From a virus (Duplodnaviria; Heunggongvirae; Uroviricota; Caudoviricetes): a stretch of DNA of 64,000 bases. Shown here piece by piece: positions 1 to 8,647 of the stretch. A model generated the notes under the pieces. The model worked only from the letters and a program-made list of their open reading frames with translations, ran no database searches and was not told where the DNA came from. The stretch lies in IMG/VR virus record IMGVR_UViG_3300035659_000001. The stretch is one strand, 5' to 3'. Position numbers and translations under genes: made by a program. The stretch's first letter is position 1, and each line of letters opens with the position of its first letter.

Positions 1-607
1 ATCATTAAAAGGTAAGGCAGCTGAGTTTACAGTAACAGTACGAAAAATTGACTCTAAAACTGTTAGATCAATTGAAGAAATGGCTGCTGCTGAGAATAAG
101 TCTATTGAAGAATATAGAAAGTTTGTTGAAGATTATAAGAAAATTGATGATGAACGATATGAGGCAGATGTTTTATCTCAGTGTGTTCTTATTGCTGAGA
201 TTCAACCAATACCAGATTCAATGGTAGAATATGAATTAGCAAATGAATGGAATCAATTGTTATATAGAATGAGTATGTCTGAAGAAGAATTTTTGAAAAA
301 GAATAAGAGTGGTAAAGATGTATTTTATGCGCAAAAAAGATTGAGAGTCGAAAAAGCTCTTGAAATTAAGATGTTTTTAGATCATATTTGTGAAAAGTAT
401 AATATTACTGCGTCAGAAGAAGAAGTGCAGAAATTATTTGACGACAGATTTACAAAGCTTAATAAAACTGAAGAAGAGAAAACTGAAATTAAAAATAATC
501 TTAAGAAAAAACAAAATTATTCTGCAGGTGAAATGGCAGTTAAGCACGAAAAAGCAACGAAATTGTTAGTTAAATCAGTAAAAAATATTGACGATTATGC
601 AAGCTGA
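1..607 (+). CDS. Trigger factor-like protein, C-terminal part (5' partial, reading frame open from window start)
   Basis: Frame is open from nt 2. The sequence 'GKAAEFTVTVRKIDSKTVRSIEE...' followed by a helical, acidic and lysine-rich domain matches the end of the PPIase domain and the C-terminal arm of bacterial trigger factor. Confidence 0.5.
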   Translation, partial: SLKGKAAEFTVTVRKIDSKTVRSIEEMAAAENKSIEEYRKFVEDYKKIDDERYEADVLSQCVLIAEIQPIPDSMVEYELANEWNQLLYRMSMSEEEFLKKNKSGKDVFYAQKRLRVEKALEIKMFLDHICEKYNITASEEEVQKLFDDRFTKLNKTEEEKTEIKNNLKKKQNYSAGEMAVKHEKATKLLVKSVKNIDDYAS

Positions 608-638
608 GTTGTGACGCTTGTTATGAAAAAATAAAATA

Positions 639-974
639 ATGCGTATATTGGTGCTTGATGATGATCAAATAAGATTGAGTAAATTTAAACACAAATATTT
701 AAATGATGATGTAGATTGTGTTGAAACTTCAAAAGACGCCATTAATAAACTTGACACTGAAAATTATGATTGCCTTTTTTTAGATCATGATCTCGGTGGT
801 GAAGTTTATGTTGATTCAGGCGAAAACACTGGTTATGAAGTAGCTAAATGGCTTGCTGATAATCCTCAAAAACAACCAAAAATTATTTTCATACATAGTT
901 TAAATCCTATTGGATCTGAAAACATGAAACAGTTGTTACCCAGAGCTGTAAAAAAGACATTTGCATGGATATAA
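639..974 (+). CDS. Stand-alone CheY-like receiver (REC) domain protein
   Basis: 'MRILVLDDD' acidic pocket and 'DCLFLDHDLGG'. The ~110-aa length is typical of a response-regulator receiver fold with no output domain. Confidence 0.5.
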   Translation: MRILVLDDDQIRLSKFKHKYLNDDVDCVETSKDAINKLDTENYDCLFLDHDLGGEVYVDSGENTGYEVAKWLADNPQKQPKIIFIHSLNPIGSENMKQLLPRAVKKTFAWI

Positions 975-1761
975 AATGAAAAAACTTGATTTTAATCTAT
1001 CTGCTTCTACAATAAATTATTTTTTTACATGTCCATGGGCATTTAAACAAGATAAAATTCTAAAAAGAGAAAAAATAAAACTATCAAATACAATTTTAGT
1101 TGTTGCACAAGCTTTTCATAAAATGCTTGCAGAGTTCTATGATCAAAAGAAATTTAGAACTTATGATTTATTCAAAAATTGGGATAAGTGTTTTGATGTA
1201 GAAACTAAAGTGCAAAAAGCTCAAAATTTGCAAGGGTTATCTTATGCAAAAATGTCAGGTTATACTCTTATAAAAAATTGGGTTGCAATGGCCAAAGAAA
1301 ATGATTGGCTACATGAAGCAATTGGTGCTGAATTAGAATTCATGCAACCATATAAGAATGATAGATTTGAAATTAATTTTCACGGTTTTATGGATTTAGT
1401 TATTGAAGTCAATAATAAGATATATGTGCTAGATTGGAAAACAGGAAAACATAATAAAGAAAAATATAGATTGCAAGCTTTGACTTATAGTTGGGCTCTT
1501 TGTAAACAATTCAATATGGTAGATGAATGCATAAGATTCATTCATCCTTCTAAGAAAATGAATACGATTATTGATGTATATGTTAAGGATGAAGATTATT
1601 TAATAGTCAAAGATAAAGTTGAAACAATTTTCAACGCTATTGAAAAAGATGATTTTAAGAAAAACGCAGATAAAAGTCATTGTAAGTATTGTAATTGGAC
1701 TGAATGTGAACATAATGTCAATGATAACTTAAAAGAGTATATAAAAAATAATGAAGATTAG
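961..1761 (+). CDS. PD-(D/E)XK nuclease of the RecB/Cas4 family with a 4-Cys cluster (Cas4-like exonuclease)
   Basis: Motif 'MDLVIEVNNKIYVLDWKTGK' (D..E..DxKTG), a 'QALTYSWAL' QhxxY motif, one N-terminal Cys ('FFTCPW') and a C-terminal 'HCKYCNWTEC' as in Cas4/AddB FeS nucleases. Start is probably M976 (MKKLDF). Confidence 0.6.
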   Translation: MHGYKMKKLDFNLSASTINYFFTCPWAFKQDKILKREKIKLSNTILVVAQAFHKMLAEFYDQKKFRTYDLFKNWDKCFDVETKVQKAQNLQGLSYAKMSGYTLIKNWVAMAKENDWLHEAIGAELEFMQPYKNDRFEINFHGFMDLVIEVNNKIYVLDWKTGKHNKEKYRLQALTYSWALCKQFNMVDECIRFIHPSKKMNTIIDVYVKDEDYLIVKDKVETIFNAIEKDDFKKNADKSHCKYCNWTECEHNVNDNLKEYIKNNED

Positions 1762-1813
1762 TATTCTATGTTGTTTGAATTGATTATTATTAAAATAAAA
1801 TCAATAAAATAGG

Positions 1814-3787
1814 ATGAAAATTATGAAAGTTACTGAAAAGTCAAAGAATCAAGAGATTGGTCGATTAGAAGGCGATATACGGTTGCATAGGTATTTGTAT
1901 TATAATAAAGAACCTCGAATATCTGATCAAGCTTATGATGCTTTAGTTGAACGTCTAAGGCAATTAGCACCAAATAGCGAAGTACTCAAAGAAGTTGGTG
2001 CACCGGCAGATGAACATTCTGGATGGCAAAAAGCTACGCATTCTATGATAATGGCATCGTTAGCAAATGCTATGACAATTGATGATTATAATAAATGGGT
2101 TCATACTACAAATGTCATTGGGAAAGTTTTAGTTTTAGAAGATAAACTTGATGGTTCATCAATTGAGTTGAATTATGAAAACGGTGAATTAACACAAGCA
2201 ATTACTCGTGGTGATAGCAGAATCGGTGAAGATATTACTCTCAACGTTAAAAAAATGAAATTTGTTCAATCCACTTTAAAGGAAAAAATTACCGTCAGCT
2301 TACGCGGTGAAATAATGTTGTTTAACGAAGAGTTTGAAGAAATCAATACATTAGTGGAAAAACCTTTTGCAAATCCAAGAAATGCAGCAAATGGCATAGC
2401 AAAACGATTTGATGGGAAATTTTGTGATAAGTTATGCATTGTACTGTATGATATGATTTCGCCTAATGTTACATTTTCGTATGAAACTGAAAAATTAGAT
2501 TACATGGCTAAAGCTCTTGATTTAGTAACTATTAATTATAAATTAGTTACTCCTCAAGAAGTCGTTAAAGTTCGAGAGCAATATACAAAAACTGATAGAG
2601 CAAATTTACCATATAATATTGATGGCCTTGTTATTAAAATAAACAGTATTCAACGACAAAAAGACCTTGGCCGTCATCCCAATGGTGATCCTAAAGGTCA
2701 TGTTGCTTTCAAATTTGATGCAAGAGGCGTTGCTACTACTATTTTAGATTGCATTGCTGAAGTTGGTAGGACAGGAGTAATTACACCAAATGCTGTTTTA
2801 GATCCTATTAATATTGATGGATCGATTGTAAAAGCTGCAACATTACACAATTATGATGAAATTGCTCGATTAGGTGTCGGTATTGGTGATACAGTTGTCG
2901 TAGTAAAATCGGGGGAGATAATTCCCAAAGTGATCGAAGTTATTAAACATGTAGGTAATAAGATTTTACCACCTACGCAATGTCCTGCTTGTGGAGGACC
3001 AGTTGTTAAAGATGGTGACGGTGCTCATCTTTATTGTGACAATGATAATTGTGTTGGTAAGGAATTCAGAAAATTACGTCATTTTACAGATGTTTTAAAG
3101 AAACGAATGAGTTTGACTGATATTGGTCATAGTACCGTTGAGCAATTATTTGAAAAAGGTTTTATAAAGGATCCTGCTGATTTTTATACATTAACAATGA
3201 CAAAAATTGCAAGTTTAGATAGATCGGGCGAAAAGTCTGCTAAGAAAATAGTTGATGGTTTTGAACGTTGTAAAGAAATGGACGTTGTTACTTTTTTAAT
3301 GGGACTTGCAATACCTACATTAGGTGAAACTATGGCTGAAACTATTACTGATGAATATGATTTATTTGCATTAATGGAAGAAGTTACAGAAACAGATTTG
3401 TCAAAAATATCTGGTATTGGTCTTTCTCGTGCTCATGACATTCTTGAAGGATTATCTCAACGTAAAGAGTTGATTGAAAAATTGATGCAAGTTGGTGTTA
3501 AAATTAAGAAATCTGGTGATGTGAAACTTGAGTCAACTAAATTACAAGATAAGTCATTTCAAGTAACAGGACCAATTACGAAAATAAATCCAAAAACAAA
3601 TAAATCATATAAACGCGAAGAATGGTATGATTTTGTAAAAGCTAATGGCGGAGAGATTAAACGAGTGAACAAGGAATTAATGTACCTTATAGCTAATAGG
3701 TCAAGTGGAAATAAGCTATCCAAGGCCTCTAGTATGGGGATTAAAGTAATATCTGAGGATGACTTTTGGAAAATGATTGACGATTAA
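1814..3787 (+). CDS. ligA: NAD+-dependent DNA ligase
   Basis: 'KLDGSSIELNY' KxDG adenylation motif, OB and HhH regions, a Cys4 zinc finger 'CPACGGPVV...HLYCDNDNC' and a C-terminal BRCT-like region. Length 657 aa. Confidence 0.9.
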   Translation: MKIMKVTEKSKNQEIGRLEGDIRLHRYLYYNKEPRISDQAYDALVERLRQLAPNSEVLKEVGAPADEHSGWQKATHSMIMASLANAMTIDDYNKWVHTTNVIGKVLVLEDKLDGSSIELNYENGELTQAITRGDSRIGEDITLNVKKMKFVQSTLKEKITVSLRGEIMLFNEEFEEINTLVEKPFANPRNAANGIAKRFDGKFCDKLCIVLYDMISPNVTFSYETEKLDYMAKALDLVTINYKLVTPQEVVKVREQYTKTDRANLPYNIDGLVIKINSIQRQKDLGRHPNGDPKGHVAFKFDARGVATTILDCIAEVGRTGVITPNAVLDPINIDGSIVKAATLHNYDEIARLGVGIGDTVVVVKSGEIIPKVIEVIKHVGNKILPPTQCPACGGPVVKDGDGAHLYCDNDNCVGKEFRKLRHFTDVLKKRMSLTDIGHSTVEQLFEKGFIKDPADFYTLTMTKIASLDRSGEKSAKKIVDGFERCKEMDVVTFLMGLAIPTLGETMAETITDEYDLFALMEEVTETDLSKISGIGLSRAHDILEGLSQRKELIEKLMQVGVKIKKSGDVKLESTKLQDKSFQVTGPITKINPKTNKSYKREEWYDFVKANGGEIKRVNKELMYLIANRSSGNKLSKASSMGIKVISEDDFWKMIDD

Positions 3788-3801
3788 AATGAGGAGTTTT
3801 T

Positions 3802-4113
3802 ATGATTAAAGAAACTATTACTATTCAAGACGTGTGCGATCTTTTAAATGAGCTATTGAAAAAAGATCCTTTTTGTATTAATAGTCTTATATTTCAAAGA
3901 GTTTTTTGTAATAAAGCTATTGCAAATCATCCTACAGTACAAGTTGATCAATGCGGAAATCAACCTCGTGTGGGTTTAATAGGAATAATCAATGGTTTGT
4001 TTGGCATTAGAGAAGATGGTATGGGTGCTTTATGTGCGGAAGTTAATAATGATGGCGAACTAATAGTTTTTAAGCCAACGCCTCCTCCTATTTCAAATGG
4101 ACAAATAAGTTGA
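3802..4113 (+). CDS. hypothetical protein
   Basis: ORF with an upstream GGAG-type ribosome-binding site ('aatgaggagttttt ATG'). No recognisable motif. Confidence 0.35.
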   Translation: MIKETITIQDVCDLLNELLKKDPFCINSLIFQRVFCNKAIANHPTVQVDQCGNQPRVGLIGIINGLFGIREDGMGALCAEVNNDGELIVFKPTPPPISNGQIS

Positions 4114-4125
4114 AAGGAACGCAGC

Positions 4126-4338
4126 ATGAACAAGTATAAACAAGCGTTAGTTAAAATATCACATTTTGATGTTCCGCCAGCTGATAATTCATGTTGTTAT
4201 GAAATGCAAAGAGCTGTATACGACATCAAGGACATAGCAGAAGCTGCGATCGGTAAACAGCGTAAATCACAACAAACTCAAAAGTTTTGTAGTTGGCAGT
4301 GGAAATGTATTGTAGACAAAATATTCGGGCGTTGTTGA
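4126..4338 (+). CDS. hypothetical small protein
   Basis: ORF with RBS 'aaggaacgcagc ATG'. Confidence 0.3.
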   Translation: MNKYKQALVKISHFDVPPADNSCCYEMQRAVYDIKDIAEAAIGKQRKSQQTQKFCSWQWKCIVDKIFGRC

Positions 4339-4389
4339 ACTGTTGGTTACAATTTCATTCTTAATTGATACTGAGGAGTTTGCGTTTAA

Positions 4390-4638
4390 ATGAAACATTA
4401 TACAATTGGTGCTAAGATGGCTTATGGAGATATTAGTCCTGTTTACGCTGATAATCAGCATGGTGAATGGGTTAAAGCAAAGGATATGGATAAAGCTATA
4501 AATAAACTTAAGCTTAAGTTAATAACAGTCAAGAAGGCAGTATTTACACAATCAAAATTATTAGATAATTGTGCATCTAACTTTAAATCAAAAACAATTT
4601 CTGATATAGCGTCTTCTTTAAGAAGCATTAAGTTCTAA
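4390..4638 (+). CDS. hypothetical protein
   Basis: ORF with RBS 'gaggagtttgcgtttaa ATG'. Confidence 0.35.
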   Translation: MKHYTIGAKMAYGDISPVYADNQHGEWVKAKDMDKAINKLKLKLITVKKAVFTQSKLLDNCASNFKSKTISDIASSLRSIKF

Positions 4639-4673
4639 TAGTCAAGCAGTTTCATTGTGATCAAAAACTGTAA

Positions 4674-4958
4674 ATGATAATGAAATTTAAAAAAATAGAA
4701 TTAGCTTCAACAAAAGAAACTGACAAGTACGATGAGTTTGCTGCTGAATTTTTGAAAAAAATCTTTGGAATAAAAAATTTTTTAATTACTGATGAATCAA
4801 GTATCTATGATTTTGATTTTGAACTTGTAGGAAAAGTTCATCATAATACTGAGAAAGTTTTAAAAAAAATTAAAAAAAATTATGGTGTAGATGTTTCAAA
4901 AATAAAAGGTTTAAAGCTTCATAAAATTTTTCAAATGATTTTTAAACAAAGGCATTAA
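4674..4958 (+). CDS. hypothetical protein
   Basis: ORF packed tightly against its neighbours. Confidence 0.3.
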   Translation: MIMKFKKIELASTKETDKYDEFAAEFLKKIFGIKNFLITDESSIYDFDFELVGKVHHNTEKVLKKIKKNYGVDVSKIKGLKLHKIFQMIFKQRH

Positions 4959-4959
4959 A

Positions 4960-5217
4960 ATGAGTATAATCTATGATTATCCATTATACAATAATGGGTT
5001 TTTACCGATTAAGTTACAATACATAGCTGCTGCTATTACTCAAATAGTATGTGATGCAGATGAGTTTGTTTTTAATATAGTTTTAACAGAAGGTCATACT
5101 ATACGAATATCACGATCAATGGAAACTCCTATTCCAAACAATAAAGCTGAATTTGCAGAACAAAGAACAAGATTAATTACAGCATGGAAAGAGCATGAGA
5201 ATCTTGCAAATAAATGA
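4960..5217 (+). CDS. hypothetical protein
   Basis: ORF that starts 2 nt after the previous stop. Confidence 0.3.
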   Translation: MSIIYDYPLYNNGFLPIKLQYIAAAITQIVCDADEFVFNIVLTEGHTIRISRSMETPIPNNKAEFAEQRTRLITAWKEHENLANK

Positions 5218-5578
5218 TGACACTTTAGTTGATGTCAAAAAAGTAAAAAAGTATGCTGAGCAGAATATTGTTTCAATTGATACAATAAAAGCTGCAGTTG
5301 AATGTCCCATGGAAAGTATCCCTATAGGTGATAATCCTGAACATGTTGTGTATATTCATGATGGATTTCGTGTAGTTTATTCGATTGAAGAACAGCCTAT
5401 AGGATTAATAGCTCATTTGTCTATTTCAGTAGAAGCTGTAGGTAAATATTCAAATGAGCAGGCTGTTAATGTAATTCTTAAAGAATTCGGAATGAATGAT
5501 GTATCTGAAAGTATAAACGTGTGGTTGGATGAAAGTAATCAATCAGTGAACATTTTACAAGAATTTATAAAGGATTAG
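5195..5578 (+). CDS. hypothetical protein
   Basis: ORF overlapping the previous gene's end. Typical phage gene packing. Confidence 0.3.
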   Translation: MRILQINDDTLVDVKKVKKYAEQNIVSIDTIKAAVECPMESIPIGDNPEHVVYIHDGFRVVYSIEEQPIGLIAHLSISVEAVGKYSNEQAVNVILKEFGMNDVSESINVWLDESNQSVNILQEFIKD

Positions 5579-5697
5579 TATGTTTAGTTTTTTTGAAGAT
5601 ATGATGGACGGTATTTATTTTGCTATTGATGTGTTTATAGAAACTGTCAATGACATTGTAGACAGCCTTTTCCAGTGGTGATTAATAGGAGAAAATT

Positions 5698-6267
5698 ATG
5701 AATTATCAAGAAAGACCTTGCGAGTCTCAACCAGGCGACATAATAAATAGCATAAAGAGATATGAGTGTGCCGCTATGATATGTAAAGGCAAACGAGTGT
5801 TAGACTTTTCATGCGGTTATGGCTATGGTACAAATGTTTTTCATAAAGCCGGTATTGATGTAGTAGGAGTAGAAAGAGATGCTCCAGTTATAGAAGAGGC
5901 AAGAAAGAAATTTCCAAGATGTAAATTTATGGTTGCTGAAGCGTTTGCTATTGATTTAACGCAGTTTGACATAATTGTTTCTATGGAAGTTATTGAACAT
6001 TTAGAATTTGAAGACAGAGATGCAACGTTGAAATTATTTAGTAGTAAAGTAAAAGAAATTATTATGTCAACACCAAATGGTGACATGTTTCCTTATAGAC
6101 CAAAAGAGAAAAAAGATCGAATTGGTTTTCATGTTTGTCATTATGCATATCTTGAACTGGACGATATTTTCAGAAAATTCTACAGCAATGTTGCAATTCT
6201 TGGACAAGCCTTTGACCCAAGAATTGGAAAATATACAGGTCATTTAGTATATGCTGCAAATACATAG
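5698..6267 (+). CDS. Class I SAM-dependent methyltransferase
   Basis: Motif I 'VLDFSCGYGYGT', motif II/post-I 'VVGVERD', 'IVSMEVIEHL'. RBS 'taggagaaaatt ATG'. Confidence 0.6.
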   Translation: MNYQERPCESQPGDIINSIKRYECAAMICKGKRVLDFSCGYGYGTNVFHKAGIDVVGVERDAPVIEEARKKFPRCKFMVAEAFAIDLTQFDIIVSMEVIEHLEFEDRDATLKLFSSKVKEIIMSTPNGDMFPYRPKEKKDRIGFHVCHYAYLELDDIFRKFYSNVAILGQAFDPRIGKYTGHLVYAANT

Positions 6268-6277
6268 GAGATTGCCT

Positions 6278-6421
6278 ATGAATGAACGTTCAATTAAAGT
6301 TTTGAAAAGTCAAGGATTCTTTTTAATTAAAGAATTGGAGAATGGAATGTATAGAGCTCAGTATGATAAAACTGTTTATTACAATTTGTATGTTGTTGGT
6401 AATTTAGTGAGACAAGCCTAA
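6278..6421 (+). CDS. hypothetical small protein (47 aa)
   Basis: ATG preceded by 'taggagattgcct'. Fills the gap between neighbours exactly and ends 2 nt before the next ATG. Confidence 0.3.
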   Translation: MNERSIKVLKSQGFFLIKELENGMYRAQYDKTVYYNLYVVGNLVRQA

Positions 6422-6423
6422 TT

Positions 6424-7590
6424 ATGAAAGCAATTTATGCATTTTCGGGTGATCCAATAACATTTGGTCACATTGATATTATAGAAAGAGCTGCTAAGGT
6501 TTTTACAAAAGTGTTAGTTTGTATTGGCAGTAATCCAGATAAAAAGTATATGTTTACACTTGAACAAAGATTGCAAATGGCCCAAGATGCATTGTCGTCA
6601 ATTAAAAATGTTGACGTCAAATCTTTTTCAGGATTGCTTGTTGACTTTGCTTTTGAGCAAAACATTTCAGTTATAATAAAAGGTGTTAGAAATACTACAG
6701 ATTTTGAATATGAAAATACTCTTCATGCTGTAGGCGAAAGTCAAAAATTAGGTATTGAAACATTTATATTGTTTGCAAAACCACAATTGGCTCATGTTAG
6801 CTCTAGTACAGTTAAGTCAATTCAAAAAGAACATGGCTTTATTCATGAATATGTTACATTGAATGTTAAAGAAGCTTTAGAGAAGCAGATGTCAAAACAG
6901 CTTATTATTGGTGTGACTGGTGAAATTGCTGCTGGAAAATCGTATGTAACTGATGCATTAGTTAGTTTGCTGGATAAGTCAAAAATTGAAGCTCATAATA
7001 TTGATTTAGATATTATTGCACATGAAATATTAGGTAGTTTAAAATTGCCTCAATATGTTGAAGTTAGACACAAAATATCTGCTAGATTTGGTGAAACCAT
7101 TAAGGATCTTTATGATTCTATTAATAGAAAAAAATTAGGAGCAATAGTGTTTAAGGATTCAAATGCTCTTAAAGATTTAAATGACATAATGAGAGATTCA
7201 ATACTTGTAAGAATTAAAAGAGAATTAAATAACAAAGAAGGCATTATCTTTTTGAATGCTGCTTTACTTGTAGAAGCAGGTATGACAGATTTATGTAATA
7301 ATAATGTGATTTTAGTTAAGTGTGACAAAGTTGTTCAGAGATCACGTCTTTACAAACGAGGCCTTTCAACTGTTCAATTAAATAAACGATTAAAATCTCA
7401 ATATTCTTATGATGAAAAGAAAGCAGTTCTTGCTGAGAGAATAAGAGAACATAACAAATATACAGGTAATATATTTATTGTAGATACTTCAAAAAATGAC
7501 TCTGACATTATAAATACTGCTAAATTATTATCAAATTTGCAAAGCGGTGATTCTAAAGGATTGTGGAAAAACAAATTTTTGACTTTATAA
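6424..7590 (+). CDS. Bifunctional phosphopantetheine adenylyltransferase / dephospho-CoA kinase (CoaD-CoaE fusion)
   Basis: N-terminus 'MKAIYAFSGDPITFGHIDIIERA' is the CoaD (H/T)xGH nucleotidyltransferase signature. The C-terminal half has the DPCK P-loop 'IGVTGEIAAGKSY'. Confidence 0.8.
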   Translation: MKAIYAFSGDPITFGHIDIIERAAKVFTKVLVCIGSNPDKKYMFTLEQRLQMAQDALSSIKNVDVKSFSGLLVDFAFEQNISVIIKGVRNTTDFEYENTLHAVGESQKLGIETFILFAKPQLAHVSSSTVKSIQKEHGFIHEYVTLNVKEALEKQMSKQLIIGVTGEIAAGKSYVTDALVSLLDKSKIEAHNIDLDIIAHEILGSLKLPQYVEVRHKISARFGETIKDLYDSINRKKLGAIVFKDSNALKDLNDIMRDSILVRIKRELNNKEGIIFLNAALLVEAGMTDLCNNNVILVKCDKVVQRSRLYKRGLSTVQLNKRLKSQYSYDEKKAVLAERIREHNKYTGNIFIVDTSKNDSDIINTAKLLSNLQSGDSKGLWKNKFLTL

Positions 7591-7661
7591 CCCTCTATAA
7601 CTCAGTGGTAGAGTGGCGTTCTCTAAAAATGCTGTCATCAGTTCAAATCTGATTAGAGGGA
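7591..7661 (+). tRNA. tRNA with anticodon CUA (amber-suppressor type; amino-acid identity undetermined)
   Basis: Manual cloverleaf: acceptor CCCTCTA/TAGAGGG, D arm ACTC-AGTGGTA-GAGT, anticodon stem GCGTT/AATGC with loop CTCTAAA (U33, anticodon CTA, A37), T arm ATCAG-TTCAAAT-CTGAT, discriminator A. No encoded CCA. Confidence 0.7.
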
Positions 7662-7674
7662 TTGATAAATTATA

Positions 7675-7700
7675 AGAGGGATTAAAATCCCTCTTTTTAT
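7675..7700. terminator. Rho-independent terminator (bidirectional hairpin)
   Basis: AGAGGGAT-taaa-ATCCCTCT followed by TTTTTAT. Lies between the + strand tRNA and the converging - strand gene. Confidence 0.7.
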
Positions 7701-8080
7701 GCAAAATTTAAGTGCTTAAAAATCTCGCCAGTATCAATACATGCAATAGCTGTAACTTGATTATTCAAATCAGGTTCTTTAAATGACACATATATTTTTT
7801 TACGAGCAGCAAGTTTTGCTGCCCATAAATTTAAAACTGATTCATTTCTTATACCAAGAAATATAAGATATGAATTATTCCATTTTTTATATGCTTCTAA
7901 ATCACCTTTTAATGAATACTCGACAATAGCATGAGCACCTTGCACGCACCGATACGTTTGATCTAGATCTTTACGCACCAATACATACATTCTCGGTTCT
8001 CGAATATTCATTAATCCAACTCCTAATAAGTTCTTGATCAGGTTCGTTACCTTCTGCACATTTTGACTCAATTTGCTCAT
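7697..8080 (-). CDS. Peptidyl-tRNA hydrolase, PTH2-like (tentative)
   Basis: 'MYVLVRKDL...QGAHAI' and a C-terminal 'IYVSFKEPDLNNQVTAIA' resemble the archaeal/eukaryotic Pth2 fold. The true start is probably an internal Met (MNIREPRM or MYVLV), because the upstream gene overlaps. Confidence 0.4.
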   Translation of the reverse strand: MSKLSQNVQKVTNLIKNLLGVGLMNIREPRMYVLVRKDLDQTYRCVQGAHAIVEYSLKGDLEAYKKWNNSYLIFLGIRNESVLNLWAAKLAARKKIYVSFKEPDLNNQVTAIACIDTGEIFKHLNFA

Positions 8081-8273
8081 ATTTAGTTCCTCGCATTAAA
8101 CAATATGCAATATGTTTATGTCTGTATTGCCATCGTTCAAGTTTTAATTTGAATTGTAATTCACCAGCATAAAGACAACTTCTTTGAGTTTCTTTGAGAT
8201 TCTTTTTATTAATTTTAATTTGAGAGGCTAATTGCTTAAGTTCGTTTTTGAAAGAAAGAATATTTGAATTCAT
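7971..8273 (-). CDS. hypothetical protein
   Basis: ORF with upstream 'taggagtgtagtt ATG'. Confidence 0.35.
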   Translation of the reverse strand: MNSNILSFKNELKQLASQIKINKKNLKETQRSCLYAGELQFKLKLERWQYRHKHIAYCLMRGTKYEQIESKCAEGNEPDQELIRSWINEYSRTENVCIGA

Positions 8274-8425
8274 AACTACACTCCTATTTATTTGTTTGTT
8301 GATTAATTAAACGTAATTTGACATGATCAACGAGCGTAGTTAAAATTAGGGAGGTTTGAATATCTACAGCATTTTTTAATATCTCCTATTATAATAGCTA
8401 ATATATAACATTTTAATCAACGATG

Positions 8426-8647
8426 TTACATGTTTTCAATAAAATAATTGCATTGACAATATTTACAGCCCACGACAGCCATCTTTTCATAAGTGTCAAA
8501 GTGACGATAATATGGATGACCACATTTACATAGTCGATCATCACCATAATTTGGATTGTAATGTAATTCTTTAACTATTGAAGTAATTTCAATGTATGGC
8601 TTATTATCATCTTTTAATGGTTTAATATCTGTTATTCTCATTGTCAT
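8426..8647 (-). CDS. small Cys/His-rich (zinc-binding) protein
   Basis: 'CKCGHPYYRH...GCKYCQC'. ATGA start/stop overlap with the upstream gene. Confidence 0.35.
   Translation of the reverse strand: MTMRITDIKPLKDDNKPYIEITSIVKELHYNPNYGDDRLCKCGHPYYRHFDTYEKMAVVGCKYCQCNYFIENM

Noticed and set aside
5841-6086. Minus-strand ORFs lying entirely inside longer plus-strand genes, and the reverse. Examples are 5841..6086, 6468..6665, 7110..7328, 11534..11719, 14791..15186, 27048..27260, 31063..31308, 39351..39581, 54147..54329 and 62092..62598.
   Set aside because: These are shadow ORFs. They sit antisense to genes that have strong motif support and have low-complexity, hydrophobic translations. No independent start or RBS evidence.
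7591-7661. Genome-wide stop-codon reassignment implied by the CUA tRNA.
   Set aside because: All well-supported genes in this 64-kb window are intact under the standard code, and several end in TAG. Recoding is not supported locally, so only the presence of the tRNA is reported.
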